Shown: positions 9,961 to 17,219 of the stretch, in pieces
How positions within the stretch are numbered: position 1 is the stretch's first letter
How the letters are laid out: the number at the start of each line of letters is the position of its first letter
Virus record (IMG/VR): IMGVR_UViG_3300037420_000828
Span: 4,400 to 68,399 of that record
Reading direction: 5' to 3' (one strand)
Origin: a virus
Lineage: Duplodnaviria; Caudoviricetes
Length of the DNA stretch: 64,000 nt
Made by a program: the position numbers and the translations under genes
The notes under the pieces: generated by a model
The model's database searches: none
Told to the model about the DNA's origin: nothing
What the model saw: only the letters and a program-made list of their open reading frames with translations

Positions 9961-10218
9961 TCAGTTGTCCAGCTTCTCGGGGTCGATGTAGCCCCGATCG
10001 GACAACCACTGGTCCATCTCGGCCCACTCGGCGGCGGTGTCGATATGGGTCCAGCGCTTCTTCGCCAGGCACAGCTCCTCATCGAAATCATCAATCAGGG
10101 ACTGCATCTCCCCGTCGATGATCTGCTCGTTGTGGTCCTGGGGCGACGCGAGGAACTTCTCAGCGAACTCGCGTCGGAGTTCGGGGGTGTCGGTGTTGTT
10201 GCGCTTGAGGGCGGGCAT
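9961..10218 (-). CDS. Small acidic hypothetical protein
   Basis: 85-aa ORF with RBS GGAGG directly downstream of the promoter at 10255-10284. Confidence 0.7.
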   Translation of the reverse strand: MPALKRNNTDTPELRREFAEKFLASPQDHNEQIIDGEMQSLIDDFDEELCLAKKRWTHIDTAAEWAEMDQWLSDRGYIDPEKLDN

Positions 10219-10254
10219 TTCGAACCTCCGTGGTGGGGTGTGCGGGACTCCCCC

Positions 10255-10284
10255 ACTCTAACACGTGTCCCGTGCCTTGTGCAA
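10255..10284 (-). promoter_or_regulatory. Sigma70/SigA-like promoter with palindromic operator in the spacer
   Basis: TGCACA-AG-GCACG-GGACA-CGTGT-TAGAGT. Confidence 0.7.
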
Positions 10285-10350
10285 CCTCTTTGCAAATGTC
10301 CACGTATATCGGCTCGGGACTGGCGGAAACTATCTTGCCTGGTCACGGGC

Positions 10351-10379
10351 TAGACAACGCACGGATACCGTGTTAGGCT
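10351..10379 (+). promoter_or_regulatory. Promoter with palindromic operator (divergent partner of 10255-10284)
   Basis: TAGACA-AC-GCACG-GATAC-CGTGT-TAGGCT. Confidence 0.7.
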
Positions 10380-10423
10380 GGGGACACACCCGGAGAGACC
10401 GGGTCACCACCAAGGAGGATCAG

Positions 10424-11422
10424 ATGGCCCACGAACTGGAGATCGTCAACGGCACCGCGTTCTTTGCCGACTCCCGCACCGACGCCTGGCACCAGCTGGG
10501 CCAGCAGCTGGAGCGCACCATGACCGCCGAGGAAGCGCTGGAGTACGCCTACCTGTCCCGGTGGAACGTCCGCAAGACCCCGGCGTTCACCGCCGACGAG
10601 GACGGCAACATGATCGCGATGCCCGGCCGCTACGCCACCATCCGCACCAATCCCGTCACCGGCGTCAACGAGTACCTGGGCAACGTCGGCGAGCGCTACG
10701 TGCCCGTCCAGAACGAGTCCCTGGTGGAGTTCATGGACGCGCTGGTGGACGAGTCCGGCGCGCACTTCGAGACGGCCGGTAGCCTCCGGGGCGGCTCGCA
10801 GGTCTTCGTGACCATGAAGGTCCCGGCGTACATGACCTTCACCAGCGCCGACGGCAAGGTGGAGGACAAGACCGACCTGTACATCGCGGTCATGAACAGC
10901 CACGACGGCTACGGCTCGCTGAGCGTCCGGGTCACCCCGGTCCGCGTGGTCTGCGCCAACACCCAGGCCGCCGCCATCGCGAACACCAAGTCGTACTGGG
11001 GCACCCGCCACACGATCAACGCCCTCAAGGCGGTGGAGGCGGCGCGCCAGGCCCTGTCGCTCAACTTCGCCTACGCCGACGCCTTCGCGGAGGGGATGCA
11101 GAAGCTGATCGACCGCGAGCTGGACGCGATGGAGATGGAGAAGGCCGTCAACGCCATCTTCGACGTGGACGGGGCGGAGACCGAGCGGGCCAAGAACGGC
11201 CGCCTGGACAACGCCGCGCAGGTCATGACCGGCCTGAACCTCAAGACCGTCATGGGCTTCGAGAACACCGCCTACGGCCTCTACAACGCCGTGACCGAGT
11301 GGGTGGACCACCGGGTGGAGGTCAAGGACGGCGTCTTCGGGGCTCCGGCCGAGGGCCTGATCCTGGGCGGCACCTCCTACACCGAACTCAAGGAACGCGC
11401 CTTCGCCATCCTGTCCAAGTGA
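10424..11422 (+). CDS. DUF932 / phage-plasmid-like protein (TIGR03299-type)
   Basis: MAHELE...AWHQLG...FETAGSLRGGSQVF...NSHDG...TPVRVVCANT...HT signature; RBS AAGGAGG. Confidence 0.85.
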   Translation: MAHELEIVNGTAFFADSRTDAWHQLGQQLERTMTAEEALEYAYLSRWNVRKTPAFTADEDGNMIAMPGRYATIRTNPVTGVNEYLGNVGERYVPVQNESLVEFMDALVDESGAHFETAGSLRGGSQVFVTMKVPAYMTFTSADGKVEDKTDLYIAVMNSHDGYGSLSVRVTPVRVVCANTQAAAIANTKSYWGTRHTINALKAVEAARQALSLNFAYADAFAEGMQKLIDRELDAMEMEKAVNAIFDVDGAETERAKNGRLDNAAQVMTGLNLKTVMGFENTAYGLYNAVTEWVDHRVEVKDGVFGAPAEGLILGGTSYTELKERAFAILSK

Positions 11423-11428
11423 CAGCAA

Positions 11429-11462
11429 ACGGCCCGGGGCGTTGTGAGTCGCCCCGGGCCGT
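11429..11462 (+). terminator. Stem-loop after the DUF932 gene
   Basis: 13-bp perfect stem ACGGCCCGGGGCG/CGCCCCGGGCCGT. Confidence 0.55.
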
Positions 11463-11505
11463 CCGTCCCGGTTCTCCAACCGCTCCAACAGAGGAGATAT
11501 CCATC

Positions 11506-11871
11506 ATGACATGCACCGCGCCCGATCACGAGACGAAGGGCACGAAGTTCTGCCCGGACTGCGGCGAACGGCTCCAGCCGGACCCCGTCCGCATCGACAC
11601 CATCGGCCAGCTCCAGGAGCTGGCGCGCACGCTCCGCGTCCGGCCGGACTGGCACGAGCCCGACGAGCAGGAAGTCACCGCCCGGGTGTTCGGGCAGTTC
11701 TTCGACAACGCGGGGTTCTGGCCCTACGAGCCGAACGGCCGCTACGAGTCCACCAACAGCATCGACAGCGAGAGCCTGGAGATGTACGTCGAACTGCTCC
11801 AGGCGGGCAAGGTCGTCGCCCAGATCAACCTCGCCACGCTGTTCGCGATGGCCTGCCACACCCGCGCGTAG
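11506..11871 (+). CDS. Hypothetical protein with N-terminal zinc-ribbon-like motif
   Basis: C..H...FCPDCG; RBS GAGGAG. Confidence 0.7.
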   Translation: MTCTAPDHETKGTKFCPDCGERLQPDPVRIDTIGQLQELARTLRVRPDWHEPDEQEVTARVFGQFFDNAGFWPYEPNGRYESTNSIDSESLEMYVELLQAGKVVAQINLATLFAMACHTRA

Positions 11872-11886
11872 CGCTCGGACACACCC

Positions 11887-11919
11887 ACGGCCCCGGAGAT
11901 GATCTCTCCGGGGCCGTTT
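11887..11919 (+). terminator. Intrinsic terminator-like hairpin
   Basis: ACGGCCCCGGAGA/TCTCCGGGGCCGT stem ending in a short TTT. Confidence 0.55.
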
Positions 11920-11937
11920 GCACGTACCCTGTGCGTT

Positions 11938-12144
11938 ATGGCGAACATCGAGCGACGGCCGCACCTCCAGCGGCCGTGCCCCTTCCGTGAGCAGGAGGGC
12001 TGCGGATGGATGCAGACCACCTCCTGGTTTGTCGGCGGCCCCGACGTCACGGAGCCGGTCAGCGAGCTGGCACTACGAACAGAGGCCGAGAACCACTTCC
12101 TGCTGGCCCACCTGGGCCGTGCTCCCCGGCAGTACTTCACGTAG
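11938..12144 (+). CDS. Hypothetical protein (probably leaderless)
   Basis: TACCCT box 7 nt before the ATG, no SD. Confidence 0.55.
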   Translation: MANIERRPHLQRPCPFREQEGCGWMQTTSWFVGGPDVTEPVSELALRTEAENHFLLAHLGRAPRQYFT

Positions 12145-12149
12145 GCCCC

Positions 12150-12611
12150 GTGAGCAGCCCCGAGGACGATCGCTGGCAGCCGGACGAGGCCCTGGTGGTC
12201 ACCGTGCGCACCCGCTGCCTGGAGATGAAGGAACTGTCCGGGCCGGATCGGAGCTGGATCGTGGCCAGCCTGACTGTCCAGGGCTGGACCGTCGCGGCCA
12301 TCGCCGATCGACTGAAATGCAGCCTCCGGCTCGTGCAAACGATCAAGACCGAGCCGATGACGCGCGTGGCGCTCTACGCTCTGGAGCTGGCGGCGGAGCT
12401 GGCAAACGAACGTGCCCTGCGCCATCTCGATGCCGCCTCGGCCGCCGCCCAGGCCGCCGCCCAGGCAGCCACGATTTCGCGGCTCTCCGGGCAAAGGGAT
12501 GCCCTTCTTGCCCAGGTCCAGCTCTTGATGAAGGGACAGGCCCATGCAACAGACCCTATCGTCCTGCCCAGCGTGCGGCGGCCAGCTCGACGCCGGAGCG
12601 GAGCGGCATGA
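12150..12611 (+). CDS. Helix-turn-helix DNA-binding protein with C-terminal coiled coil
   Basis: GWTVAAIADRLKCSLRLVQTI HTH-like segment. Confidence 0.65.
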   Translation: MSSPEDDRWQPDEALVVTVRTRCLEMKELSGPDRSWIVASLTVQGWTVAAIADRLKCSLRLVQTIKTEPMTRVALYALELAAELANERALRHLDAASAAAQAAAQAATISRLSGQRDALLAQVQLLMKGQAHATDPIVLPSVRRPARRRSGAA

Positions 12612-12702
12612 ATTCTGCGCGTGGGCGCGGGAAGAGGACTGGCTGGCGCTGCGGCCGTGGCTCACCGGCGGAATGAGTAGGGTGCGCCTGAGCGGGGTAT
12701 GA
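12544..12702 (+). CDS. Small hypothetical protein (CPACG motif)
   Basis: MQQTLSSCPACGG...; weak RBS; overlaps the 3' end of the HTH gene. Confidence 0.4.
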   Translation: MQQTLSSCPACGGQLDAGAERHEFCAWAREEDWLALRPWLTGGMSRVRLSGV

Positions 12703-12759
12703 CCTAGGCTGGAATGCTGGTGCGGCCAATCCTTCCCCCCGAGCGGCCGACCTTCCCCT

Positions 12760-12790
12760 GGAACCCCCGGCGACCTCTGCCGGGGGTTCC
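12760..12790 (+). terminator. Terminator-like hairpin ending the rightward unit
   Basis: GGAACCCCCGG/CCGGGGGTTCC stem followed by TT. Confidence 0.55.
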
Positions 12791-12853
12791 TTCGGTGTTG
12801 GGGCACACAGACCGAGATTGTTAGCGTCGGTCCCTAACAAGCTACCTCCACGC

Positions 12854-12884
12854 AAATGCCCCGGCCGGGAGGACCGGGGCATTT
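12854..12884 (-). terminator. Terminator-like hairpin ending the leftward cassette array
   Basis: AAATGCCCCGG/CCGGGGCATTT stem. Confidence 0.6.
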
Positions 12885-12897
12885 CGCCGGAGAATTG

Positions 12898-13413
12898 TCA
12901 GTCTTTCTTGACCAGGTCCACCCAGAGGTCGATGGCCCGGCCGTCGTGGGTCATCCGCTCCCCGAGGACGAACCCCGGCGAGCACGGGCACGAGCACCCG
13001 GCGGTCTGGCTGAACTTGGGCCGAGCGCCGTCGAAGTGGACCATGGTGCCGTTGATGGCGGTGGCGAAGACGTCGGCGAGCATCTTGACCAGCGCGTCCG
13101 CGCCAGCCTTGACGGTCTCCCGCTTCCAGGCGTTCCAGATGGCCGCGCGGACGTTGTCCTCGGCCGAGCGGTACTCCGCCGGTCCGGCCGGGATGGCGTA
13201 GGCGTCGTCGCCGTAGTTGCCCGCGAACGGCTCCAGCTTCATCAGCCCCGGGACCAGAGCGTCCAGCGCGCCGTAGACGCGGGTGGTCTTGCGGCCCTCT
13301 CGGGTCCAGGACTTCGCCTCCTCGCCGGTGCGGTAGCGGCCCCGAACCACGTAGTCGTCGGTGGTGATCTCGAAGGCGACGTTCTGCGGCAGGTCGGTGG
13401 TCTTGACGTTCAT
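12898..13413 (-). CDS. Hypothetical protein (cassette gene; GCSCPCSPGF motif)
   Basis: Own promoter and RBS AAGGAG; phage-like codon use. Confidence 0.75.
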   Translation of the reverse strand: MNVKTTDLPQNVAFEITTDDYVVRGRYRTGEEAKSWTREGRKTTRVYGALDALVPGLMKLEPFAGNYGDDAYAIPAGPAEYRSAEDNVRAAIWNAWKRETVKAGADALVKMLADVFATAINGTMVHFDGARPKFSQTAGCSCPCSPGFVLGERMTHDGRAIDLWVDLVKKD

Positions 13414-13444
13414 TTGCTGACTCCTTGGTGGTGGTGGTGGTACC

Positions 13445-13473
13445 AATGTAGCACGGGCTCCGTGCGTTGTGCA
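13445..13473 (-). promoter_or_regulatory. Promoter with palindromic operator
   Basis: TGCACA-AC-GCACG-GAGCC-CGTGC-TACATT. Confidence 0.75.
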
Positions 13474-13532
13474 ACCCTTTTGCGGAAATAGGGTCCGATG
13501 TGCCCGGGGGCTCCGGCCCCCGGGCTGGCCGG

Positions 13533-13883
13533 TCAGCCCCGGGCCTTGGCTGCGGTCCAGCAGGCCGCGCTGTGGGCGGAGATTTCCTCCTTGGTGCCCC
13601 GGATGGTCTCCTGGCAGCAGGCGCAGCGCTGGCGGCGAATGACCGGGGCCTCCACCTTGGCCTCCTGGACTAAGGTCTCCACGGCCTGGGCCACAACTTC
13701 CTGGTGGCTGGCCTCCACGGCGTCCCGGCGGATGCAGGTCTTGCAGGTGACCGGGGCCTCGGTCTGGTGGATTCGGCTCGCCCCGACTCCGAATCGGTTC
13801 TTCCGGTACTCCGAGCCGCAGGTGGTTCCGCCGTGGGCCTGGGTGCTGTGGACTACCTTGCTGTCGTTGACGGTGATGTTCAT
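13533..13883 (-). CDS. Cys/His-rich hypothetical protein (cassette gene)
   Basis: H..C, CKTC and CACC motifs; RBS AAGGAG. Confidence 0.7.
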   Translation of the reverse strand: MNITVNDSKVVHSTQAHGGTTCGSEYRKNRFGVGASRIHQTEAPVTCKTCIRRDAVEASHQEVVAQAVETLVQEAKVEAPVIRRQRCACCQETIRGTKEEISAHSAACWTAAKARG

Positions 13884-13970
13884 TTCGGGGCTCCTTCTCT
13901 TGGTGGTAGTACCACTGTAGCACGGAGTCCGTGCCTTGTGCAACCCTTTTACGAATATTGTCTCTACCTT
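13881..13970 (-). repeat. Promoter-operator-RBS-ATG cassette repeat, copy A
   Basis: 83/90 nt identical to 14510-14599 (manual count); contains promoter 13914-13942 TGCACA-AG-GCACG-GACTC-CGTGC-TACAGT. Confidence 0.9.
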
Positions 13971-13988
13971 GGAGAAGGAGCCGCCGAC

Positions 13989-14273
13989 TCAGGCCAGCCG
14001 GTGGAAGGCCGTCGAGACCGCCCGGGAGCGGAAGCAGGGGTCTCCGGCGAACATGATGTCCATGTCCAGGCGGGCCGTATCCATGGCCTCCCAGCAGCTA
14101 TCGAAGTAGGTGACCTTGGACCACTCCCGGCCATCCAGCCGGTAGGTGGAGACCACGGCCCACTCACCCAGGCCGGTGAAGTTGGTGTGGGGCTCCTCCG
14201 GGAAGGACTGATAGCGATCGGCCTGGCTGGAGGGAGCAACCCCGTGGGGGTCGAAGATGAAGGTGTGGGACAT
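13989..14273 (-). CDS. Hypothetical protein (cassette gene)
   Basis: RBS AAGGAG; 94 aa. Confidence 0.65.
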   Translation of the reverse strand: MSHTFIFDPHGVAPSSQADRYQSFPEEPHTNFTGLGEWAVVSTYRLDGREWSKVTYFDSCWEAMDTARLDMDIMFAGDPCFRSRAVSTAFHRLA

Positions 14274-14293
14274 GGTGAGGCTCCTTTGGCCGG

Positions 14294-14512
14294 TCAGGCG
14301 GAGTAGCTGAGCGGCTGATCGCGGTGCAGCTGGTGGCTGGTGTAGAGGCCGTCGGCGTCCTGGAGGATCAACGTGGTCCAGCCCATGTCGTCGGCCACGA
14401 AGTCGACCAGCGTCCCGGTGATCTCGCGGGCCGGACGATGATCGGTCTGGAAGGACACGGTCTTGCCGATGAGATCGTGGGTGGCGACGTCGGCGGCGGG
14501 GATCTGGCTCAT
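14294..14512 (-). CDS. Hypothetical protein (cassette gene)
   Basis: RBS AAGGAG; 72 aa. Confidence 0.65.
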   Translation of the reverse strand: MSQIPAADVATHDLIGKTVSFQTDHRPAREITGTLVDFVADDMGWTTLILQDADGLYTSHQLHRDQPLSYSA

Positions 14513-14599
14513 TTCGGGGCTCCTTCTCTCGGTGGTAGTACCACTGTAACACGGGCTCCGTGCGTTGTGCAACCCTTTTACGAATATTGCCTATACCTT
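14510..14599 (-). repeat. Promoter-operator-RBS-ATG cassette repeat, copy B
   Basis: Contains promoter 14543-14571 TGCACA-AC-GCACG-GAGCC-CGTGT-TACAGT; near-identical to 13881-13970. Confidence 0.9.
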
Positions 14600-14697
14600 G
14601 GGAGATGAGTTGCTAGCTAGGCTAGCTAACGATCTTCGGGATGTGCCCGGACACGACAAAGGCCCAGGTCAATAACCTGGGCCTCGTCTCGGGGTGG

Positions 14698-14934
14698 CTA
14701 CGCTTTGATCAGCGCCTTCAGCTCCGCCTTGACCTCGCGGGCCTTGTCGCCGCGCCAGGACTTGGCGTTGGACAGGAAGTACCGGACGATGTCGGAGCCC
14801 CGGTCCTGGTAGTACATCTGCTCCGGCGCGTCCAGCTCGGCCATAGCGTCCACGTACGGGACGGCCCCGAAGTACATCTTCGGACCCCAGTCGGTCCGGA
14901 TGTCCTGCGCGATAGCGCGGAGGGTGCGAGCCAT
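14698..14934 (-). CDS. Conserved phage hypothetical protein (FGAVPY...YFLSNA..WRG..A..VK.EL)
   Basis: 78 aa, RBS AAGGAG, own promoter. Confidence 0.75.
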   Translation of the reverse strand: MARTLRAIAQDIRTDWGPKMYFGAVPYVDAMAELDAPEQMYYQDRGSDIVRYFLSNAKSWRGDKAREVKAELKALIKA

Positions 14935-14974
14935 GGTGATTCTCCTTGGTGAGTGGTGGTGGGTGACGCCTCCA

Positions 14975-15003
14975 ACTATTGCACGGGTACCGTGTGTTGT
15001 CTA
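14975..15003 (-). promoter_or_regulatory. Promoter with palindromic operator (leftward member of a divergent pair)
   Basis: TAGACA-AC-ACACG-GTACC-CGTGC-AATAGT. Confidence 0.6.
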
Positions 15004-15049
15004 GCGTTCACGCAGATCAGCCACCGGAACTGGGCCGATGGATTGGGGC

Positions 15050-15078
15050 TAGACAAAGCACGGGGTACGTGCAATAGT
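15050..15078 (+). promoter_or_regulatory. Promoter with palindromic operator (rightward member of a divergent pair)
   Basis: TAGACA-AA-GCACG-GGGTA-CGTGC-AATAGT. Confidence 0.6.
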
Positions 15079-15211
15079 TGGTCTACCGCGCCATCCGCAA
15101 CACCGGTCTCCGGCACTCGGGGGATGGCTAGGCGGAGGGGCCGCCCCCGGAGACCACCGGCCCCTCCCGTCCAACTTCACCGTTACCACCACCATCGCCT
15201 AGGAGGCACCC

Positions 15212-15622
15212 ATGGGAGATCGCGCCAACATCTTCGTCATCGACCGGCCGAAGGCCGCCAAGGACGACCACGAGGTCACCGGCATCTACCTCTACACCCA
15301 CTGGAACGGCAGCGAGTGGCCGGAGATGCTGCGGCAGGCCCTGTCCTCCGCCAACGCTCGTCGCCGGTGGGACGACGAGAGCTACCTGACCCGCATCCTC
15401 ATCAGCCAGCTCTACGCCGACGATCACGACAGCGATACCGGCGGTGGAGTCAGCACCATGCTGACCGACAACAGCCACGAGATCGTCATCGTGGACATCC
15501 CGGCCCAGATCGTGGCCTTCGCCCCTGAGGGGCAGGAGACCGACCGGAACAACTGGACCGACTCCATGAGCTTCGCCGACTTCTGCGCCCAGCAGACGGC
15601 GAAGTACCCCAGCCAGCGCTGA
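15212..15622 (+). CDS. Conserved phage hypothetical protein (MGDRA...YLYTHW.G...RWDD..YL.RI)
   Basis: RBS AGGAGG; 136 aa. Confidence 0.8.
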   Translation: MGDRANIFVIDRPKAAKDDHEVTGIYLYTHWNGSEWPEMLRQALSSANARRRWDDESYLTRILISQLYADDHDSDTGGGVSTMLTDNSHEIVIVDIPAQIVAFAPEGQETDRNNWTDSMSFADFCAQQTAKYPSQR

Positions 15623-15742
15623 GCCTGCGGTCCGGCACGGTGAGAGGCCCGTGCCGGTCCTGCGGGGAGTCCCTGGGTAGGCCCATAGCCCAGGGATTCC
15701 CTGGAGGAATCACCTCCGCACCACCAGGGAACAAGGAGAACC

Positions 15743-16276
15743 GTGCATAACCTGATTCAGGACGGCCCGCCCATCCTCGCGACCGTCACGCACACCGACG
15801 ATCCCGGTATCGCCGCCCGTGTGCTCTGCCTGGTCGACGGCTACGCGGCCGAGATCGTCCACGACGTCAACACCAAGCGTCAGGAGTACAACACCCACGT
15901 CCTGCGGATGTTCGATCCGCAGGAAATGACCTGGCGCGAGATCCTGCGCTGGGGATTCACAGAGGCGGGCCACGTCCCGATCCACCCGGACTCCGAGACC
16001 GTCGGCCACCTCGCCGGTCTGAGCGAGGTCATGTGGGCGCAGGCCAACGTGATCGTCGGACAGAGCCGGATGCGCCAGGAAGAGATCGACGTGGCGCAGT
16101 TCGTGGCGGAGCAGATGGCCCTCCAGGAACGCATGACCGACTACCGCGAGGCGGAGTCGGAGGAGTCGGCGACGCACCCGATCCTGCTCGGGGACGAGGG
16201 CGAAGCCGACGACGCTCCGCTGGCGTCGGACGCCCAGCTGGCCGAGCTGCGCACGAAGCTGGCGGGGGACGCCTGA
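15743..16276 (+). CDS. Hypothetical protein
   Basis: RBS AAGGAG, GTG start, 177 aa. Confidence 0.7.
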   Translation: MHNLIQDGPPILATVTHTDDPGIAARVLCLVDGYAAEIVHDVNTKRQEYNTHVLRMFDPQEMTWREILRWGFTEAGHVPIHPDSETVGHLAGLSEVMWAQANVIVGQSRMRQEEIDVAQFVAEQMALQERMTDYREAESEESATHPILLGDEGEADDAPLASDAQLAELRTKLAGDA

Positions 16277-16749
16277 TGCGTATCGGTAACTGGCCGCTGT
16301 TCATGCTGGCCGTCGAGTACATCATCCGCCACCCCGAACACCACATGCAGCACAAGTGGCGCTCGCCCTGCGGCACGTTCCGCTGCCTGGCGGGCTGGAT
16401 CGCGTTCTTCGGCGGCTACCGCGACGTGTTCGAGGACGGCCCTCGGGACCGCTTCGTGGGTGTCCGGCTGGAGGGGCTGACCGCCGAATCCGACATCCTC
16501 AGCGTGGAAGAGGCTGCGCTGAAGGCGCTGGAGCTGGACCCGGAGATATACGGCGAAGCGGCCGATACCAGCGAGCGTGACTGGTCGATGGACGAATTCG
16601 CCAACGCACTGTTCTCTGGCAGTCTTGATCTCGCTGACATCCTGGCCGTGGTCCGGGACCTGGCCAAGGCAGACGGCGTCACCCCGACGCCGATCATCGT
16701 GGACGAAATGGTGCTGTGCGGCATCGTGTCGAAGGAGAATGGTTTCTGA
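16276..16749 (+). CDS. Hypothetical protein (CGT..CLAGW motif)
   Basis: TGATG coupling; 157 aa. Confidence 0.7.
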   Translation: MRIGNWPLFMLAVEYIIRHPEHHMQHKWRSPCGTFRCLAGWIAFFGGYRDVFEDGPRDRFVGVRLEGLTAESDILSVEEAALKALELDPEIYGEAADTSERDWSMDEFANALFSGSLDLADILAVVRDLAKADGVTPTPIIVDEMVLCGIVSKENGF

Positions 16750-16904
16750 TGGACATCGTCACTGCCCTGCTCGTGATGCTCGGCGGCGTGCGGCACTCCG
16801 CCCCGGCGAGCTACCACGCTCCGGTCCGGACGCTGCCGCTCGTGGCCCCGGCCGACCCGGGCGTCCTGTCGGCTCAGCACTGGGGTCCGGCGTGTTCGCG
16901 CTGA
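16749..16904 (+). CDS. Small hypothetical protein
   Basis: TGATG coupling; short hydrophobic N-terminus. Confidence 0.35.
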   Translation: MDIVTALLVMLGGVRHSAPASYHAPVRTLPLVAPADPGVLSAQHWGPACSR

Positions 16905-16965
16905 TCCCCGACTGGGCATGGCTGGCGCTGATCGCGGCCTTCGGCGCGCCGACCGACCCGCACTC

Positions 16966-17148
16966 ATGATCTGCCAGGTGGGTCTCGTCGGTCTCTCCAA
17001 GCTGACCTGTCAGCACCGGGAGAGCGGCGGTTACCGGTGCGAGCGCATCGGCGAGCACACCGAGCACAGCGTCGGCCAGCACACCATCCACCACACGCTG
17101 ATGGGCAATGGGTGGGCTTGCTCGGCGGTAGAGGCTATGCTGCGGTAG
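16966..17148 (+). CDS. Small Cys/His-rich hypothetical protein
   Basis: C..H...C...H..H pattern; last gene before the terminator. Confidence 0.5.
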   Translation: MICQVGLVGLSKLTCQHRESGGYRCERIGEHTEHSVGQHTIHHTLMGNGWACSAVEAMLR

Positions 17149-17180
17149 CGGTCAAAACGACTGCCCCATCAGATCGAGGC

Positions 17181-17210
17181 AAGGCCCCGGGAGTTCGCCC
17201 CCGGGGCCTT
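17181..17210. terminator. Bidirectional terminator between the early island and terminase
   Basis: AAGGCCCCGG/CCGGGGCCTT stem at convergent gene ends. Confidence 0.65.
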
Positions 17211-17219
17211 CTTCGTGCC

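Noticed and set aside
11899-12144. WhiB-like call for the small Cys-containing ORF
   Set aside because: Only two Cys and no C-X-X-C...G(V/I)WGG motif
13433-14599. Repeats considered as a CRISPR array
   Set aside because: Only 2-3 copies, 450-630 bp apart, each containing promoter/RBS elements with genes between them; no cas genes
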